Below, in pieces: positions 1-12,620 of a stretch of 64,000 nucleotides of DNA (position 1 is the first letter of the stretch; each line of letters begins with the position of its first letter). The DNA comes from Okamejei kenojei (taxonomy: Eukaryota). Location of the stretch: the NCBI GenBank assembly GCA_035221665.1, contig CM069147.1, forward strand, positions 40,114,001 through 40,178,000, in the 5' to 3' direction. The notes under the pieces are model-generated. The model saw nothing but the letters and a program-made list of their open reading frames with translations, did no database searches and had not been told where the DNA came from. A program made the translations under genes and the position numbers.

Positions 1-472
1 GTAATAATGTGCAAACATTCAAATTGGAGCCGACAAAATCAGAGCATGTTTGTCATAGCTAAATTTCAAAGGTAAGTGGCCGCTGGAAGTTTGATTACAG
101 TTAGTCGCAGCTTTGATGTTCATCTTTCAGGACTGGAAAATACAGTCCCAGGAACTGAATGAGTATGTAGGTAGGAACGTGCTGACATTGCACCAAGTCA
201 TGTTCAATGGACAACTTATCCTCACTGGTTCTTTTTGTACGATCACATACAATTTAAAAAAACACCCATTTTACAGCTCGCAGCAGACAATAATTAAACA
301 AAAGTCAACACAATCCAAATCAAATTATTAAAGACTCCAGAGAAAATTGGGAAGATATTGCATTGGAGGCCTTCATACTCCATTAAACTCCCAACAGATA
401 TAACAAATTAATATATCATTTTCACATTAGCTACAGTTTAACAGCGTTTTTTTTTCAAGTTGAAACTTGTTT

Positions 473-581
473 TTTTGTTCTTTGTCTCAAAATTAGGTTG
501 GTGTTTCTATTAATTTCCTTGAAAATATTTGGAGGTTTCGTGCTTCACATTTTTCTTTCAACAAGGGAAGTCAAATATTTA
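473..581 (+). repeat. Left copy of a 109-bp direct repeat flanking an L1 insertion (target-site-duplication-like)
   Basis: ttttgttctttgtctcaaaattaggttgg...gggaagtcaaatattta matches 3397-3505 with 3 mismatches. Confidence 0.9.
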
Positions 582-3396
582 AGCCCCACAAACCTCTGGC
601 ACGTCAGTTAAAAAAACGAGAAAAGGATCACACAATTTTAAAGATTAAATCAGACAAAGGGAAATATTGACCTTGCCAAGTGATATTAATAAAAGATTTG
701 CACAATTTTACGAGAATCTGTATACATCTAAAACGATAATGGACTCCAACAAAGTTACAGAGTTCTTGGATAATTGTAACCTTCCTAAATTAGAGTTGCA
801 GGAACAAGAGGAATTGGGAGTACAAATCTCAAATAAGGAAATATAAGAAACAATAATTTCATTAAAAAATGGAAAAACACCAGGTCCCGACGGATTTAGC
901 AATGAATTCTATAAATGTTTTTATGACATATTTACTCCTCGCCTACAGAAAATGCATACTTATGCCTTCAAAGAACAAATACTACCTGAAACACTAGCAG
1001 AATCCACGATCACACTAATACTTAAGAAAGATAAAGATGTGGAAGAACCTGGATCATACAGAGCTATTGCGTTGTTAAACACAGATAAAAAAATATTAGC
1101 AAAAATACTAGCTAGAAGACTAAGTAAATATGCATGTAAATTAATACATCCGGATCAAACGGGGTTTATCCCTAAGAGACAATCATTTAATAATTTGAGA
1201 CGTCTGCTCAATATAATGCATTCACACCAAACTGAAGATCAAAAACTATCAATCATATCGTTGGATGCAGAGAAAGCATTCGATCAGGTCGAATGGGAAT
1301 ATATGGTCAGGGTATTGCAAGAATTTCAACTGGGAGAGAATTTTATTCTATGGATTAAATTACTATATAATAAGCCAACAGGCAGAATATTAACTAACAA
1401 TAATTTATCTACAAATTTCAATTGTCAAGGGGTAATAGACAAGGATGTTCATTATCACCGTTGTTATTTGCTCTCATAATTGAACCCTTAGTGGAAAGAA
1501 TTCGCTCATCTGAATATCCATGGATATAAAACAAAATATTCCAACAATATAATATCATTATACGCTGACGATGTACTATTGTACATCACAAAACCTCATA
1601 TTACTTTACCAAATATTTTAAAATTAATAGAGGACTTCGGATCATTCTCAGGATATAGAAAGTGAAATCATGTCAATAAAACCGAAAGTACGCATCTTTT
1701 GCAGTTTCCTTTCAAAATAGCTACGGAAAAATTTAAATACTTGGGCATCGAAATTACTAGAAGATATCAAGATATGTTTGACGAAAATTATAACACTCTA
1801 CTTAAGAAACTATATAACTTGATTAAATTTTGGAAAATGCTTCCGATGTCCTTAATAGGCCAAATAAATGCCCTAAAAATGATTTTTCTACCACAAATTT
1901 TATACCTGTTCCAATCTATTCCAATATATTTACCCAAAAAGTTTTTAAAAAAACTGGACTCAGATATCACAAATTTTATTTGGGATTATAAATCCCACAG
2001 AATACAAAGAGCTCATCTGAATAAACCCAAAGTAGTAGGGGGATTAGCACTCCCCAATTTTATGTATTACCACTGGTCTGTAAATATCAGAAACATGACC
2101 CAATTGTTGGATAACTCTCCCCAGCAACCGGATTGGACGATTATGGAGAAAGAGGATTGCTCTCCTTATAATATTGGAGCAATCCTATTCTCTCCAACAT
2201 TGATGAATAATATTAAATTACAACAATAATCCAATTATATACAGTTACAATTAGAATTTGGAAACAAATAAAACACAATTTAAAATTAAGAAATTTATCT
2301 CTCTTATCTCCTATTGGTAAAAACCCCTCATTTAAACCTTCAACTAGAGATAAAGCATTTATACAATGGGAAAGAGCTGGAATTAAAATCTTTGGAGATG
2401 TGTATGAATTTGGGAAAACTATTATCATTTAAAACAAATACAACTAAAATACAATTTGGGAAACAATCAGTATTTTAAAATATTTCCAAATCTGTGACTA
2501 TCTGAAAAAATACGCACAAGACTATCACAATATGCCCTCCAGACTTACTGGAAGAAGTAATGAATACAAAGGCAGAATCAGCAACCTAAATATCATATAT
2601 ATAATATTATTCTAAAAGCAGAAAATACCAACAACAGAAGGTATCAGGAGAGACTGGGAAAAATAATTAAGTATAACAATTCCCAAAGAAAGGTGGGAAG
2701 AATATTTATTAAATGTGCATAAATGTTCAATTAATGTAAGACACACCCTAATACAATTTAAAATCTTACACAGATTATACTATTCAAAAACTAAAATAAG
2801 TAAACTTTTTCCCAACGTCTCACCTATATGTGATAAATGTCAATGTCAAGAAGCTAATATAGCGCACTCATTTGTCTTTTGTACAAGAATTCAAACATTT
2901 TGGACTGAAATTTTTGAAATTTTCACAAAAATACTTAAAATAAAACTGACTCCAAAAGCAGACTGGATTATCTTCGGGACATCGGAAGATAGCCCTGAAT
3001 TAAATGTGTTTCAAAAGACTCTATTTGAATATGGGGAGGGTCTTGGTAAAGGGGGAAGGAAAACTGTCGAGTTGGTAGATTCCTTTTGCGAGATGTTTAT
3101 AATAAAGTAACCGGCTTTTCTTCTTTCTTTCTCTATCTTTCCCTTTCCTTTTTTTTTTCCTCTCCAGGATCTATCTCTTAATCTCCGGTCTCTAACTCCT
3201 CAAGGGTTTCCTTTCCCTCTGTCACACTTTTGCACTTCCACATCTCTTTTTCACTTTTCTACTTTCTTTGCTAGTATTTCTCTCTATTTTCTCTCTTTTC
3301 TAAAGCCTTTAAAAAGATTAAGGGGTACAATGACTGTAGTACAGTATAAGGGATGTACACTGATGTAACTTATGGTACCTCTAGTAAATAAAGATA
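582..3396 (+). mobile_element. 5'-truncated, frameshifted L1-clade LINE (ORF2 RT to C-terminal Cys-rich region, plus 3' UTR)
   Basis: Starts at KPHKPLARQLKK. ORF pieces include PGPDGF, IHPDQTGFIP, SLDAEKAFD, YADD (tacgctgacgat at 1561), GGLALPN and CDKC...HSFVFC. A pyrimidine-rich 3' UTR ends with AATAAA at 3387-3392. Confidence 0.93.
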
Positions 3397-3505
3397 TTTT
3401 GTTGTTTGTCTCAAAATTAGGTTGGTGTTTCTATTAATTTCCTTAAAAATATTTGGAGGTTTCGTGCTTCACATTTTTCTTTAAACAAGGGAAGTCAAAT
3501 ATTTA
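3397..3505 (+). repeat. Right copy of the 109-bp direct repeat flanking the L1
   Basis: Matches 473-581. Confidence 0.9.
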
Positions 3506-3774
3506 CATTCCATTTAAATTTCAATAGCAGTTGCAGCAAACATTTTTTTTTGTAACATAGACCATCCGCCATTATTTAGTTGAACGTGGACAATCTGTAT
3601 TGGGAAGCACCACAAGCTATTCTCAAGGCCAGCAGCGCCGTGTGTTTCAACCTATGGATGCTTTCCCTGTTCCTCATGAGAAAGAAGGAAACCATTTGGT
3701 CCATCGAGTTGAAACCACCTCTTAGAGCAATTCTATTCCTTGTAACTTAGAGCACTTCTTTCCATGTAACTTAT

Positions 3775-4220
3775 TAGAACATAACATATAGAACAGTACA
3801 GCCCACAATATTTGTGTCGAACACGATGCCAAATTAAACTGATCTCATCTGCCTATACTTACTACTCCCTGCACATCCATTTGCCTATCTAAAAGCCTCT
3901 TAAATGCCACTATCATATCTGCTTCCACCACCACCCCGGGCAAAGTGTTCCAGGCCCCCATTACTCTCTGTGTAAAAAAAAAACTGCCCTAAACATCTCC
4001 ATTAAACGTTCCCCCTCTCACCTTACAGCTATGCTCTTCAGTGTTGGACATTTTCACCCAATAATTTTTTTTCTGACTGTCTACCTTATCTATGCCTCAT
4101 AATTCTATGTACACCTATCAAGCCTCGCCTCAACCTCCGACATTCCAGAGAAAGCAATCCAAGTCTATGCTACCTCCCCATGTATCTGAAACCCTTTCAT
4201 CCAGGCAGCATTCTGGTAAA
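3775..4220 (-). mobile_element. Degraded CR1-clade LINE 3' fragment
   Basis: The tail 'tagaacataacatatagaacagtacagc' and the following sequence are similar to the CR1 3' ends at 41818+ and 63205+. Confidence 0.65.
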
Positions 4221-5208
4221 AATTGTCTCCCATATGCCCATTAACACCAGACCCGCCCCATATTTCTCCACTAGCTACCTACAATAGGGATGATTAAGAG
4301 CTTGTAATTTACAAAATTAAATTGATTTTTAGGATGTGGGAAGAAATGGAGCTGACTAGGAAATCCATTCTGCAATATCTGCTCAGGTTTCACAGAAAAG
4401 CTGCATCATTTATCAAAGATGAGATAGGGAAGAAGTTATGAAGCTTTTGACTTTGACAAACTGCTGCAGCATAAACTCTGTGAAATCTAAAATTACATTT
4501 TGGGAAAGGGAAAAACAGAAGCTGAATGCTGGAAATACCGGAATGGAATGAATGATTATCAACATTTGAACAGGCAAGTACTTATTTAGAGATAGTACTG
4601 TAAATAAAATATATCACGTGAGTCCACCCTATTGTGAGTGTCGGTGTGGTCACTGCTGAACCCACGTCATCCACAATGCCACATGGGATATGGGTCCCAT
4701 GTGGGACAAATGGGTCACATGCAGGCAAATGGGACTAGCCTAGAATTCCAACTTGGTCAGCATGGACAGGTTGGGCCAAATGGCCTGTTTCCATGCTGTA
4801 CAGCCCTGATTCGATGGCTCCATGCTGAATTCAGAGTTGAATCCTGAGACGGCAGTGTGGTTTTAGACGACAAGGTCGTGCTAGATTTACACCTAGATGT
4901 CAAGTACCATCTGGAAGAAGTGCTGACAGATATTTGGCAGAGAGGAATCAATGTTGTCAACCGAATTCAACCGAAAGGTTTTCCTTTGGAGGAATTGAAT
5001 AGAGATAAAACCTCATTGATTTCCCTATCTGCAGGTTTTCTTTCATGTATTTTATCCGGATGATAGAACTTTTCCTTCTTTTGGATGAAAGTCAATTGGA
5101 AACCTGTTTACTCCCTCATATGAAAACAAACTATCCCATGTTATATTCAGGGAATTCACTCCATGTACAGGTTCATGTTCCTCCATTAACTAACACCATT
5201 AAAACTGG

Positions 5209-5490
5209 TAGACAATAGACAATAGGTACTGGAGTAGGCCATTTGGTCCTTCGAGCCAGCACCGCCATTCAACGTGATCATGGCTGATCATCCACAATCA
5301 GTACCCCGTTCCTGCCTTCTCCCCATATCCCCTGACTCCGCTATCTTTAAGAGCTCTATCTAACTCTCTCTTGAAAGCATCCAGAGAATCGGCCTCCACC
5401 GCCCTCTGAGGCAGAGAATTCCACAGATTCACAACTCACTGTGCAAAAAAGTATTTCCTCATCTCCTTTCTAAATGGCTCACCCCTTATT
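5209..5490 (-). mobile_element. CR1 LINE 3' fragment
   Basis: (tagacaa)n tail followed by ggagtaggccatttggtccttcgagccagcaccgccattcaa, nearly identical to the 3' end of the CR1 at 27502. Confidence 0.85.
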
Positions 5491-6324
5491 ATTAAGGGGT
5501 AAGCCATTGACATATCTGGCCACTCATAATGTTAATTGTACATTTAGTTCCATATAGTGACTGCATTCAGGGTCAGAAGTACTAAAATATTCACTCTGCT
5601 AATGGGAGTGGATTACATAGGAGAAATCATCCACCATCAACAACGTATTCTAGGAGGAGAATTAGGCCATTCAGCCTATTAAGTCTATACCACTAATCAA
5701 TTATGGCTGATCTTTCTTTCCCTCTCAACCCCATTCTCCTGCCTTCTCCCCACAACCCCCGACACCTTCACTAATCAAGAATCTGTCAACCCTCACCTTA
5801 AAAATATCTATTGACAGCCTCCACAGCTTTCTGTGGCAATAATTCCAGATTCACCATCCTCCGACTGAAGATTTGGAAGACCTTGTGTGCCTCTATGTTT
5901 GATATGTTTAAAATCCCTTTCCATGAATTAGCCTCACACATGAATAAAGTTGGACATTGTATGGTGCTTCATGCAAAGATTCAGTATATGGAACTGCGAA
6001 ACCCAAATATCGTGCATGTTATATCATCACCAAGAATAAGACCCAGAGGCCGACTGATGGTGACATGCAAGTGGAATCCTGTGGGGTTTATAATGAGCAG
6101 CCAATTCCAATAAAAGGATAAAAGAAAGTGTCATGCTTTTCATAATCAAGGATAACCTGTGGTGTTTGCAGTTAATGAAATGCTTGTGAAGCGTCATCAG
6201 TTTAATTAGAAAGAGCAGGAGTTAATAGCTCCTATAAACCGCAAAGCTGCAGTGAGTACTAAATCTTCATCTGTGTTGCTATTTGAGAGACTACTATGAC
6301 CAAGACAATACGTGAGTATTCTTC

Positions 6325-6642
6325 ATAAGTTCATGTAGTGGGAGCAGAATTACGCCATTTTCCCCATCAAGTCTACTCCGCCATTCAATCATGGCCGATC
6401 GATCTTTCCCTCTCAACCCCATTCTCCTGCCATAACCCTTGACATCCGTACTAATAAAGAATCTATCAATCTCCACCTTAAAAATATCCATTGACTTGGC
6501 CTTCACGGCCTTCTGTGGCAATGAACTCCACAGATTCACTACCCTCTGATTAAAGTAATTCCTCCTCATTTCCTTTTTAAAGGTATGTCCTTTTATTCTG
6601 AGGCTAATGGCCTCTGGTCGTAGACTCTCCCACTAATGGAAA
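6325..6642 (-). mobile_element. CR1 LINE 3' fragment
   Basis: Translates to MRRNYFNQRVVNLWSSLPQKAV, the CR1 ORF2 C-terminus. A similar fragment lies at 5650-5870. Confidence 0.8.
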
Positions 6643-7091
6643 CTCATGAAATCTTCTGTGTACTTGTGGCCTAGATTTAAAATCTCACTTTAAAAAGTAA
6701 CTCATCTGACAACATCGGATTCTCACTACACTGAAGTGTTTTCCTCGACTTTTTTGTGAAAACGTCTCTTAACCCTTCTGTCCTAACCCTTGTGCCATAT
6801 GTGACAGCTAACACAATCTCGTAAACTTCCCCTTAAGCAAGTGGTTTAGTTTTATTGAGGTCAGAAGAAGATAATTGCGCAGATTGCAATTTGGAACTGG
6901 TAACGCGTTATTGGTTAGTTAGTTAGTTAGTTAGTTTAGATAATTGTCATGTGTACCGAGGTACAGTGAAAAGCTTTTGTTGCGTGCTAACCAGTCAGCG
7001 GAAAGACAATGCATGATTACAATCGAGCCATCCACAGTGTACAGATACATGAAGTAGGAAATGCTGCTGTGAACCAAATGTGTAGGATCGG

Positions 7092-7499
7092 GTTATTCAT
7101 GGTTCATATTTTCTAAATTGATATTTGAATATTTGGGACATGCATTATAACTCTCCAAATCTTCATTTATAGACTCCTGACAGTAATACTATTACTTGCA
7201 CCGTAAGCTTGAGACTAAAGACACATTTCTCTCCCATTCTTTATTATTGCAGAACACATTAGTTTTGAAATCTTACTTCCAGCAAACTTTGAAATTTGTG
7301 TAAAGATCTTGCATCAAAAACAGCTGTCTATTAGCAATATTTACTTCAATTATTATGAAATAGAAATGCATTATTCATCAGCTAATGTGGAATTAGATTT
7401 GCACTCTCAGAGGAGTCTATAAATGAAGATTTAGAGAGTTATAATGCATTAGTCCCAAATATTCAAATATTAATTTAGAAAATATGAACCATGAATAAC
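7092..7499. repeat. AT-rich inverted repeat with ~88-bp arms and a 232-bp spacer (MITE-like or inverted duplication)
   Basis: 7092-7178 (gttattcatggttcatattttctaaat...agactcct) is the reverse complement of 7411-7499, with few differences. Confidence 0.85.
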
Positions 7500-7814
7500 T
7501 ATATTCTACTTGAAAGTTTATATTATATAAATAAATGTCAATAGGTCTTGAAAGTTCCCTATTTAAAAATGTTTATACTCATCTTGAGTATTTGAATAGT
7601 TTGTTAAAATAAGCACATTTTTTAGATTTACTATATGCTTCCTGATAGCCAGCATGAGGTAAAAGAAAATATATAGAGACAGAATATAGACAGGAAAGAT
7701 ACAGTATATATGCAACAAGGTGGTCGACATTAAATTCCCCAACATTGGCTAGAGCTACCCTAGTACAAGAGGCTTAAACAAGTAGGAATTTGTAAGTCGC
7801 ATCAAGAGGGTTTC

Positions 7815-7912
7815 TGTTTGAAGAAGGGTCTCGACCCGAAACATCACCCATTCCTTCTCTCCAGACATGCTGCCTATCCCGCTGAGTTACTCCAGCGTTT
7901 GTGTCTATCTTC
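7815..7912 (+). mobile_element. Penelope-like terminal-repeat (pLTR) fragment with a degenerate hammerhead-like core
   Basis: ttgaagaagggtctcgacccgaaacatcacccattccttctctccag...; same family as 42661-42762. Confidence 0.75.
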
Positions 7913-8329
7913 TTGAAACAGTATGTGGATAGACCATCTAAAGTGCAAGCCTGGTTAGGTGACTGACATTTCAGTGGGAAACCAGAGGGCATACCTTTAA
8001 GGTGAGGGAGGGAGAGTTTGTAAATGTGCAGGGCAACCTTTTTTACACAGAAGTGGTAGGTGTCTGGAACGTGCTGCCAGGGGTGGCGGTGGAGGCAGAT
8101 ACGATAGTGGCATTTCAGAGACTTTTAGATAGGTGCATTAATATATAGGCAATGAAGGGATTTGGATAATGGGCAGGCAGAAAGGAAAAGTTAAATTCTT
8201 ATCATGTTCAGCATTGATATTGTGCACCAAAGGGCCATTAAATAATTTCAAAATTAGACAGGAATTAAGGAAATACTTAAACATGGCAATCAAATGTCAA
8301 GAACAAAAGGTAGGTTATAAAGATGAGAT

Positions 8330-8625
8330 GCTCAGGGACCAGACAGCTGCAGATACCTCTGACAGTAATCTCGCATAGAAATCTCACAAGGCTGAGTGGA
8401 TTCTTCAAGGAATCCAGAGGTGCTGGTGCGGGGTGAGAAATGAAGCTGATGCAGGAAATCCTCTCCCTGGGCCTGGGTTTGTCGGAGTAGAAACAGTGTG
8501 TGGTCCCTTTCTCAGGTGGGAAAATGGAGCAAAGGTGCTGGGAGGCGGACATCATGGAATCCATGCTGGAGGCTGAGAAGAATAATGCTTTATCTTGCAC
8601 CATTGTCACGGTCACCTAGGATGCC
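8330..8625 (-). mobile_element. Possible old, degraded Penelope RT/linker fragment
   Basis: The ORF 8277-8615 text (CSIFPPEKG...ISCISFISHPAP...KNPLSLV) loosely resembles the Penelope linker motif. By-eye similarity only. Confidence 0.35.
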
Positions 8626-9694
8626 ATTTGCCGCTTTGTTGCTTTGCCTTCATTACAGTTCACTATCTCTGTAACCAGTCCATCTGAAACTCAGCCTATA
8701 AGTCCTTTCAAGCTGCACCTCTCAATTCTGATCACTCGTGTTCCAGGTGCATCGGGCAATTTATTTTAACATTAGATGTGTGTTGTCAGAAGGGAGATAT
8801 TTTAAAGATTATCTCCTACAACTGCTGTCAACATTACCACAGGAGTATTGGACCCACAGGATCCCTGAGCAGCAGACCAGTGACAGATAGGATCTCAGAC
8901 ATGACAAAAACAACACCTTTTGAAGACCAGGTTCTCAGCTTGAGTGCCTTGCATTTTAAATGTCCAGTGTGAAAGTCAAAGATGGGGATGACAGCACCTC
9001 AGTGACAGCTGTCACTTACAGCCTTTATTATTGCTCATTTCTTTGATAGCTCCTGTACCCTGCAAACACCACACAATTTATGTATTTAGTCAGCATTTAG
9101 TTTTTAACTGCAAGCAAGCACTTCCTTGATTTGGATGGTTGCAACAGGATGAGGTGTTTTCATACCGTTGCTCGAGAGGAGTTTAATTGCAGGAATTCAT
9201 GCTGGAATCTTTTTTTTGAACCAGAGCGTGGTGTCCTTTATTTATTTATTTACTTTTTATTTATTCATTGACAGGATGCGGACATTGCTGACAAGGCCAG
9301 CTTGGTCTACCTAATTGCTCTTGAACTGAGTGGCTTACTGGGCCGTTTCAGAAGGTGGTTAAAAGTCAACCAATTATACAGCCTTCCATCCTTCCACTGT
9401 CAGACTAATAGAATTAGATTTTTTTAAATGACATTGCACTGAATAAATCACTCCCTCGGGCACAATCAAGCATCTGTGGTTACAAGACCACTTACTTTCA
9501 ATGGGAAAGGTGTTGGACTATTTTAGTTTTGCACTATTATGAAGCATGGACAAGGAAAATGCTGGCAATGCATCAGGTAATTCAGGAGTGCAGGGCCAAA
9601 CTCCTTGGATGAGCCAAAATCCTTCCGTCCAACCTTCCAAAAGTACAACAGAGGCAACAAGTATCAAAATACTCTAAATGCACTTTGATACTAC

Positions 9695-9791
9695 AGTCTG
9701 AAGAAGGGTCTCATCCCGAAACGTCGCCTATTCCTTTGCTCCATAGATGCTGCCTCACCCACTGAGTTTCTCCAGCATTTTTGTCTACCTT
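9695..9791 (+). mobile_element. Penelope pLTR fragment with a hammerhead-like core
   Basis: cagtCTGAAGAagggtctcatcccGAAACGTCgcctattcc...ctccagcatttttgtctacctt. Confidence 0.78.
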
Positions 9792-10149
9792 TGATACCAC
9801 AGAGTGTGGGTTAGGGTATTATATTGACTGTATGCAACTACGCATTAAAGGCTATTTACTTTCCTGTGTTCGTTAATTAGATTATGTGTGTTTTATATGT
9901 CAAGACGTAAATTTTTGATTTTTATACAATTTGCAAAAGTATGTGTTAAGTTAGCCTCTAGATGCTGACATTTATCACAGATAGGAGAGATATGTGGGAA
10001 AATTCTATTTAGTTTTACTTTAGAGTAGTGTAATCTGTGTAATACTTTAAATTGTATTAAAGCATGTCTGGCATTTAACGAGCATTGATGTGTATATTGT
10101 AGACTTTTGTCCCAAATATCTTTCGTTATAGGTTGGCCTAATTAATTTT

Positions 10150-10735
10150 CCCATGTATGTCTATATGATTCCGTCGATGGGACCTCGCTATCTAAAAGGG
10201 TATTATGAATATGTTGTTAATTTTTCTGTATTAGGATGTTTATTCAAACATTCATCAAGGATTTCTGGTTCCCTACTATAATCTTGTGTATTAGATATCT
10301 AAAATAATTATTTGAGTGTAATCCATAAATCTGTTGTCACTCCTGAAATGAAAGAAAAGTGTCTTTCTTATAAAGATATCCCATCTTTTTAATTCCGTAA
10401 TTTTTCCATTGTGTGAAACCTTTATCCAGTATAGAAGGTTTGAATAAGGGATTGTTTACAATGGGGAGACAGAGTGATATATTATCCAATTTTAAAGCCT
10501 TTTTTAATTGTTTCCAGATTCGTATCGTATCTATGTATTGTAGGGTTTTCCCTATAGGTTTTTTTGTGCAATTTTGTGGGTGCAAACTTAATCGAACCGA
10601 TTTCAAAAGGTAAACAATCTTCCTTTTCCATCCTTAACCAGTCTGGTTGTTGATCCATTTCTTCCAGCCAAAAATTCATGTTTTTAATATAGACTGCCCA
10701 AAAATAAAACAAAAAATTTGGTAAAGCTTACCTGA
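10150..10735 (-). mobile_element. Internal L1 ORF2 fragment
   Basis: QQPDWLRMEKEDCLPFEIG and IRIWKQLKK...NNPLFKPS are homologous to the L1 at 582-3396 (QQPDWTIMEKEDCSPYNIG). Confidence 0.85.
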
Positions 10736-11085
10736 GTTTTTTAATCAAGTGATTTTGTTTTTTGCAGCAAAGCTTAACAAAGCTATTCAGAATTTTACTA
10801 TTCAGTGTTTACCATGCAGTGCCCTTCATAATGTTTGGGACAAAGTTTGGGACAAAGACCCATCATTTATTTATTTGCCTCTGTACTCCACAATTTGAGA
10901 TTTGTAATAGAAAAAAAATCACATGTGGTTAAAATACACATTATCAGATTTTAACAAAGGCCATTTTTATACATTTTTATTTCACCAGGTAGAAATTACA
11001 GCTGTGTTTATTCATAGTCCCCCCCATTTCAGGGCACCATAATGTTTGTGACCCAGCAATGTCATGTAAATGAAAGTACTCATGT

Positions 11086-12117
11086 TTAGTATTTTGTTGC
11101 ATATCCTTTGCATGCAATGACTGCTTGGTCTGCAATTCATGCACATCACCAGTTGCTGGGTGTCTTCTCTGGAGATGCTCTGCCAGGGCTGTATTGCAGC
11201 CATCTCTAGCTTATGCTTGATTTGGGGGCTAGTCCCCTTCATTTTTCTCTTCAGCATATAAAAGGCATGCTCAATTGGGTTCAGATCGGGTGATTGACTT
11301 GGCCATTCAAGAATTGACCATTTTTTAGCTTTGAAAAACTCCTTTGTTGCTTTTGCAGTATGTTTTGGTTCATTGTCTTTCCGTATCATGAACCGCCGGC
11401 CAATGAGTTTTGAGGCATTTGTTTGAAATTGAGCAGATAGGATGTGTCTGTACACTTCAGAATTCATTATGCTACTACCATCAGCAGTTGTATCATCAAT
11501 GAAGATAAGTGAGCCAGTACCTTCAGCAGCCATACATGCCCAGGCCATAACACATCTACCACCATGTTTCACAGATGAGGTGGTAAGCTTTGGAACTTGG
11601 GCAGTTCCTTCCATCCTCATACTTTGCTCTTGCCATCACTCTGATATAAGTTAATCTTCGTCTCATCTGTCCACAAGATCTTTTTCCAGACTGTGGTTGC
11701 TCTTTTAAGTATTTCTTGGCAAACTGTAACCTGGCCATCCTATTTTTTGCTGCCTAACCAGTGGTTTGCATCTTGCAGTGTAGCCTCTGTATTTCTGTTC
11801 ACAAAGTCTTCTGTGGACAGTGATCATTGACAATTCCACACCTGACCTGAAGAGTGTTTCTGATCTGTCTGACAGGTGTTTGTGGATTTTTCTTTATTGT
11901 AAAGACAATTCCTCTTTCATCAGCTGTGGAGGTCTTCCTTGGCCTGCCAGTCCCTTTGCGATTAGTAAGCTCACCAGTGTTCTTTCTTCTTAATGATGTT
12001 CCAAACAGTTGGTTTTGGTAAGCCGAAGGTTTGGCTGATGTCTCTAAAGGTTTTATTCTTGTTTCTCAGTCTCATAATGGCTTCTTTGACTTTCATAAGC
12101 GCAACTTTGGTCCTCAT
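11086..12117 (-). pseudogene. Tc1 transposase (DD34E), frameshifted
   Basis: ATG at 12117 (MRTKVALMKVKEAIMRL). Motifs WTDETKINLY, VKHGG, DNEPKH and WPSQSPDLNPIE. Ends GYATKY-TAA at 11086. Confidence 0.9.
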
Positions 12118-12310
12118 GTTGATAAACTGCAATAAAAGTTTACAAAGGTGAAGGTAAGGCTGGAGGAAAGACTAAAGCCCCTGTCCCACTTACGTGTCCT
12201 TCGCACGCTAATTACGCGACCTCGTGGTCGCGTTGAGGCACGACGGTCCCGCGAAGGTCGCGCGCGATTTCATGAGCCCACACAGCCGTCTGGAGTGCAC
12301 GACACCATTT

Positions 12311-12503
12311 GAAGATGGACATAAAATGCTGGAGCAACTCAGCGGGACCGGCAGCATGTCTGGAGAGAATCAATGGGTGATGTTTCGTGTCGAGACTCTT
12401 CTTCAGTCTGAAAGAAGGGTATTGACCCGAAACGTCACCCATTGCTTCTCTCCAGAGATGCTGCCGGTCCCGCTGAGTTACTCCAGCATTTTGTGTCTAT
12501 CTT
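12311..12503. repeat. Fold-back palindrome of the Penelope pLTR inside the MITE
   Basis: gaagatggacataaaatgctggagcaactcagcggg... and ...cccgctgagttactccagcattttgtgtctatcttc meet at cttcag-t-ctgaaag. Confidence 0.85.
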
Positions 12504-12620
12504 CAATTTTCGTGGCCCCGCGCTTTTTTTTTTTACAAAATGCTTTTATTCAGAACAAACAAATACAAAGTGGTAACACGATCAGAGAATGCCTATATTG
12601 GCATTTTACAAAGAAAGTTC

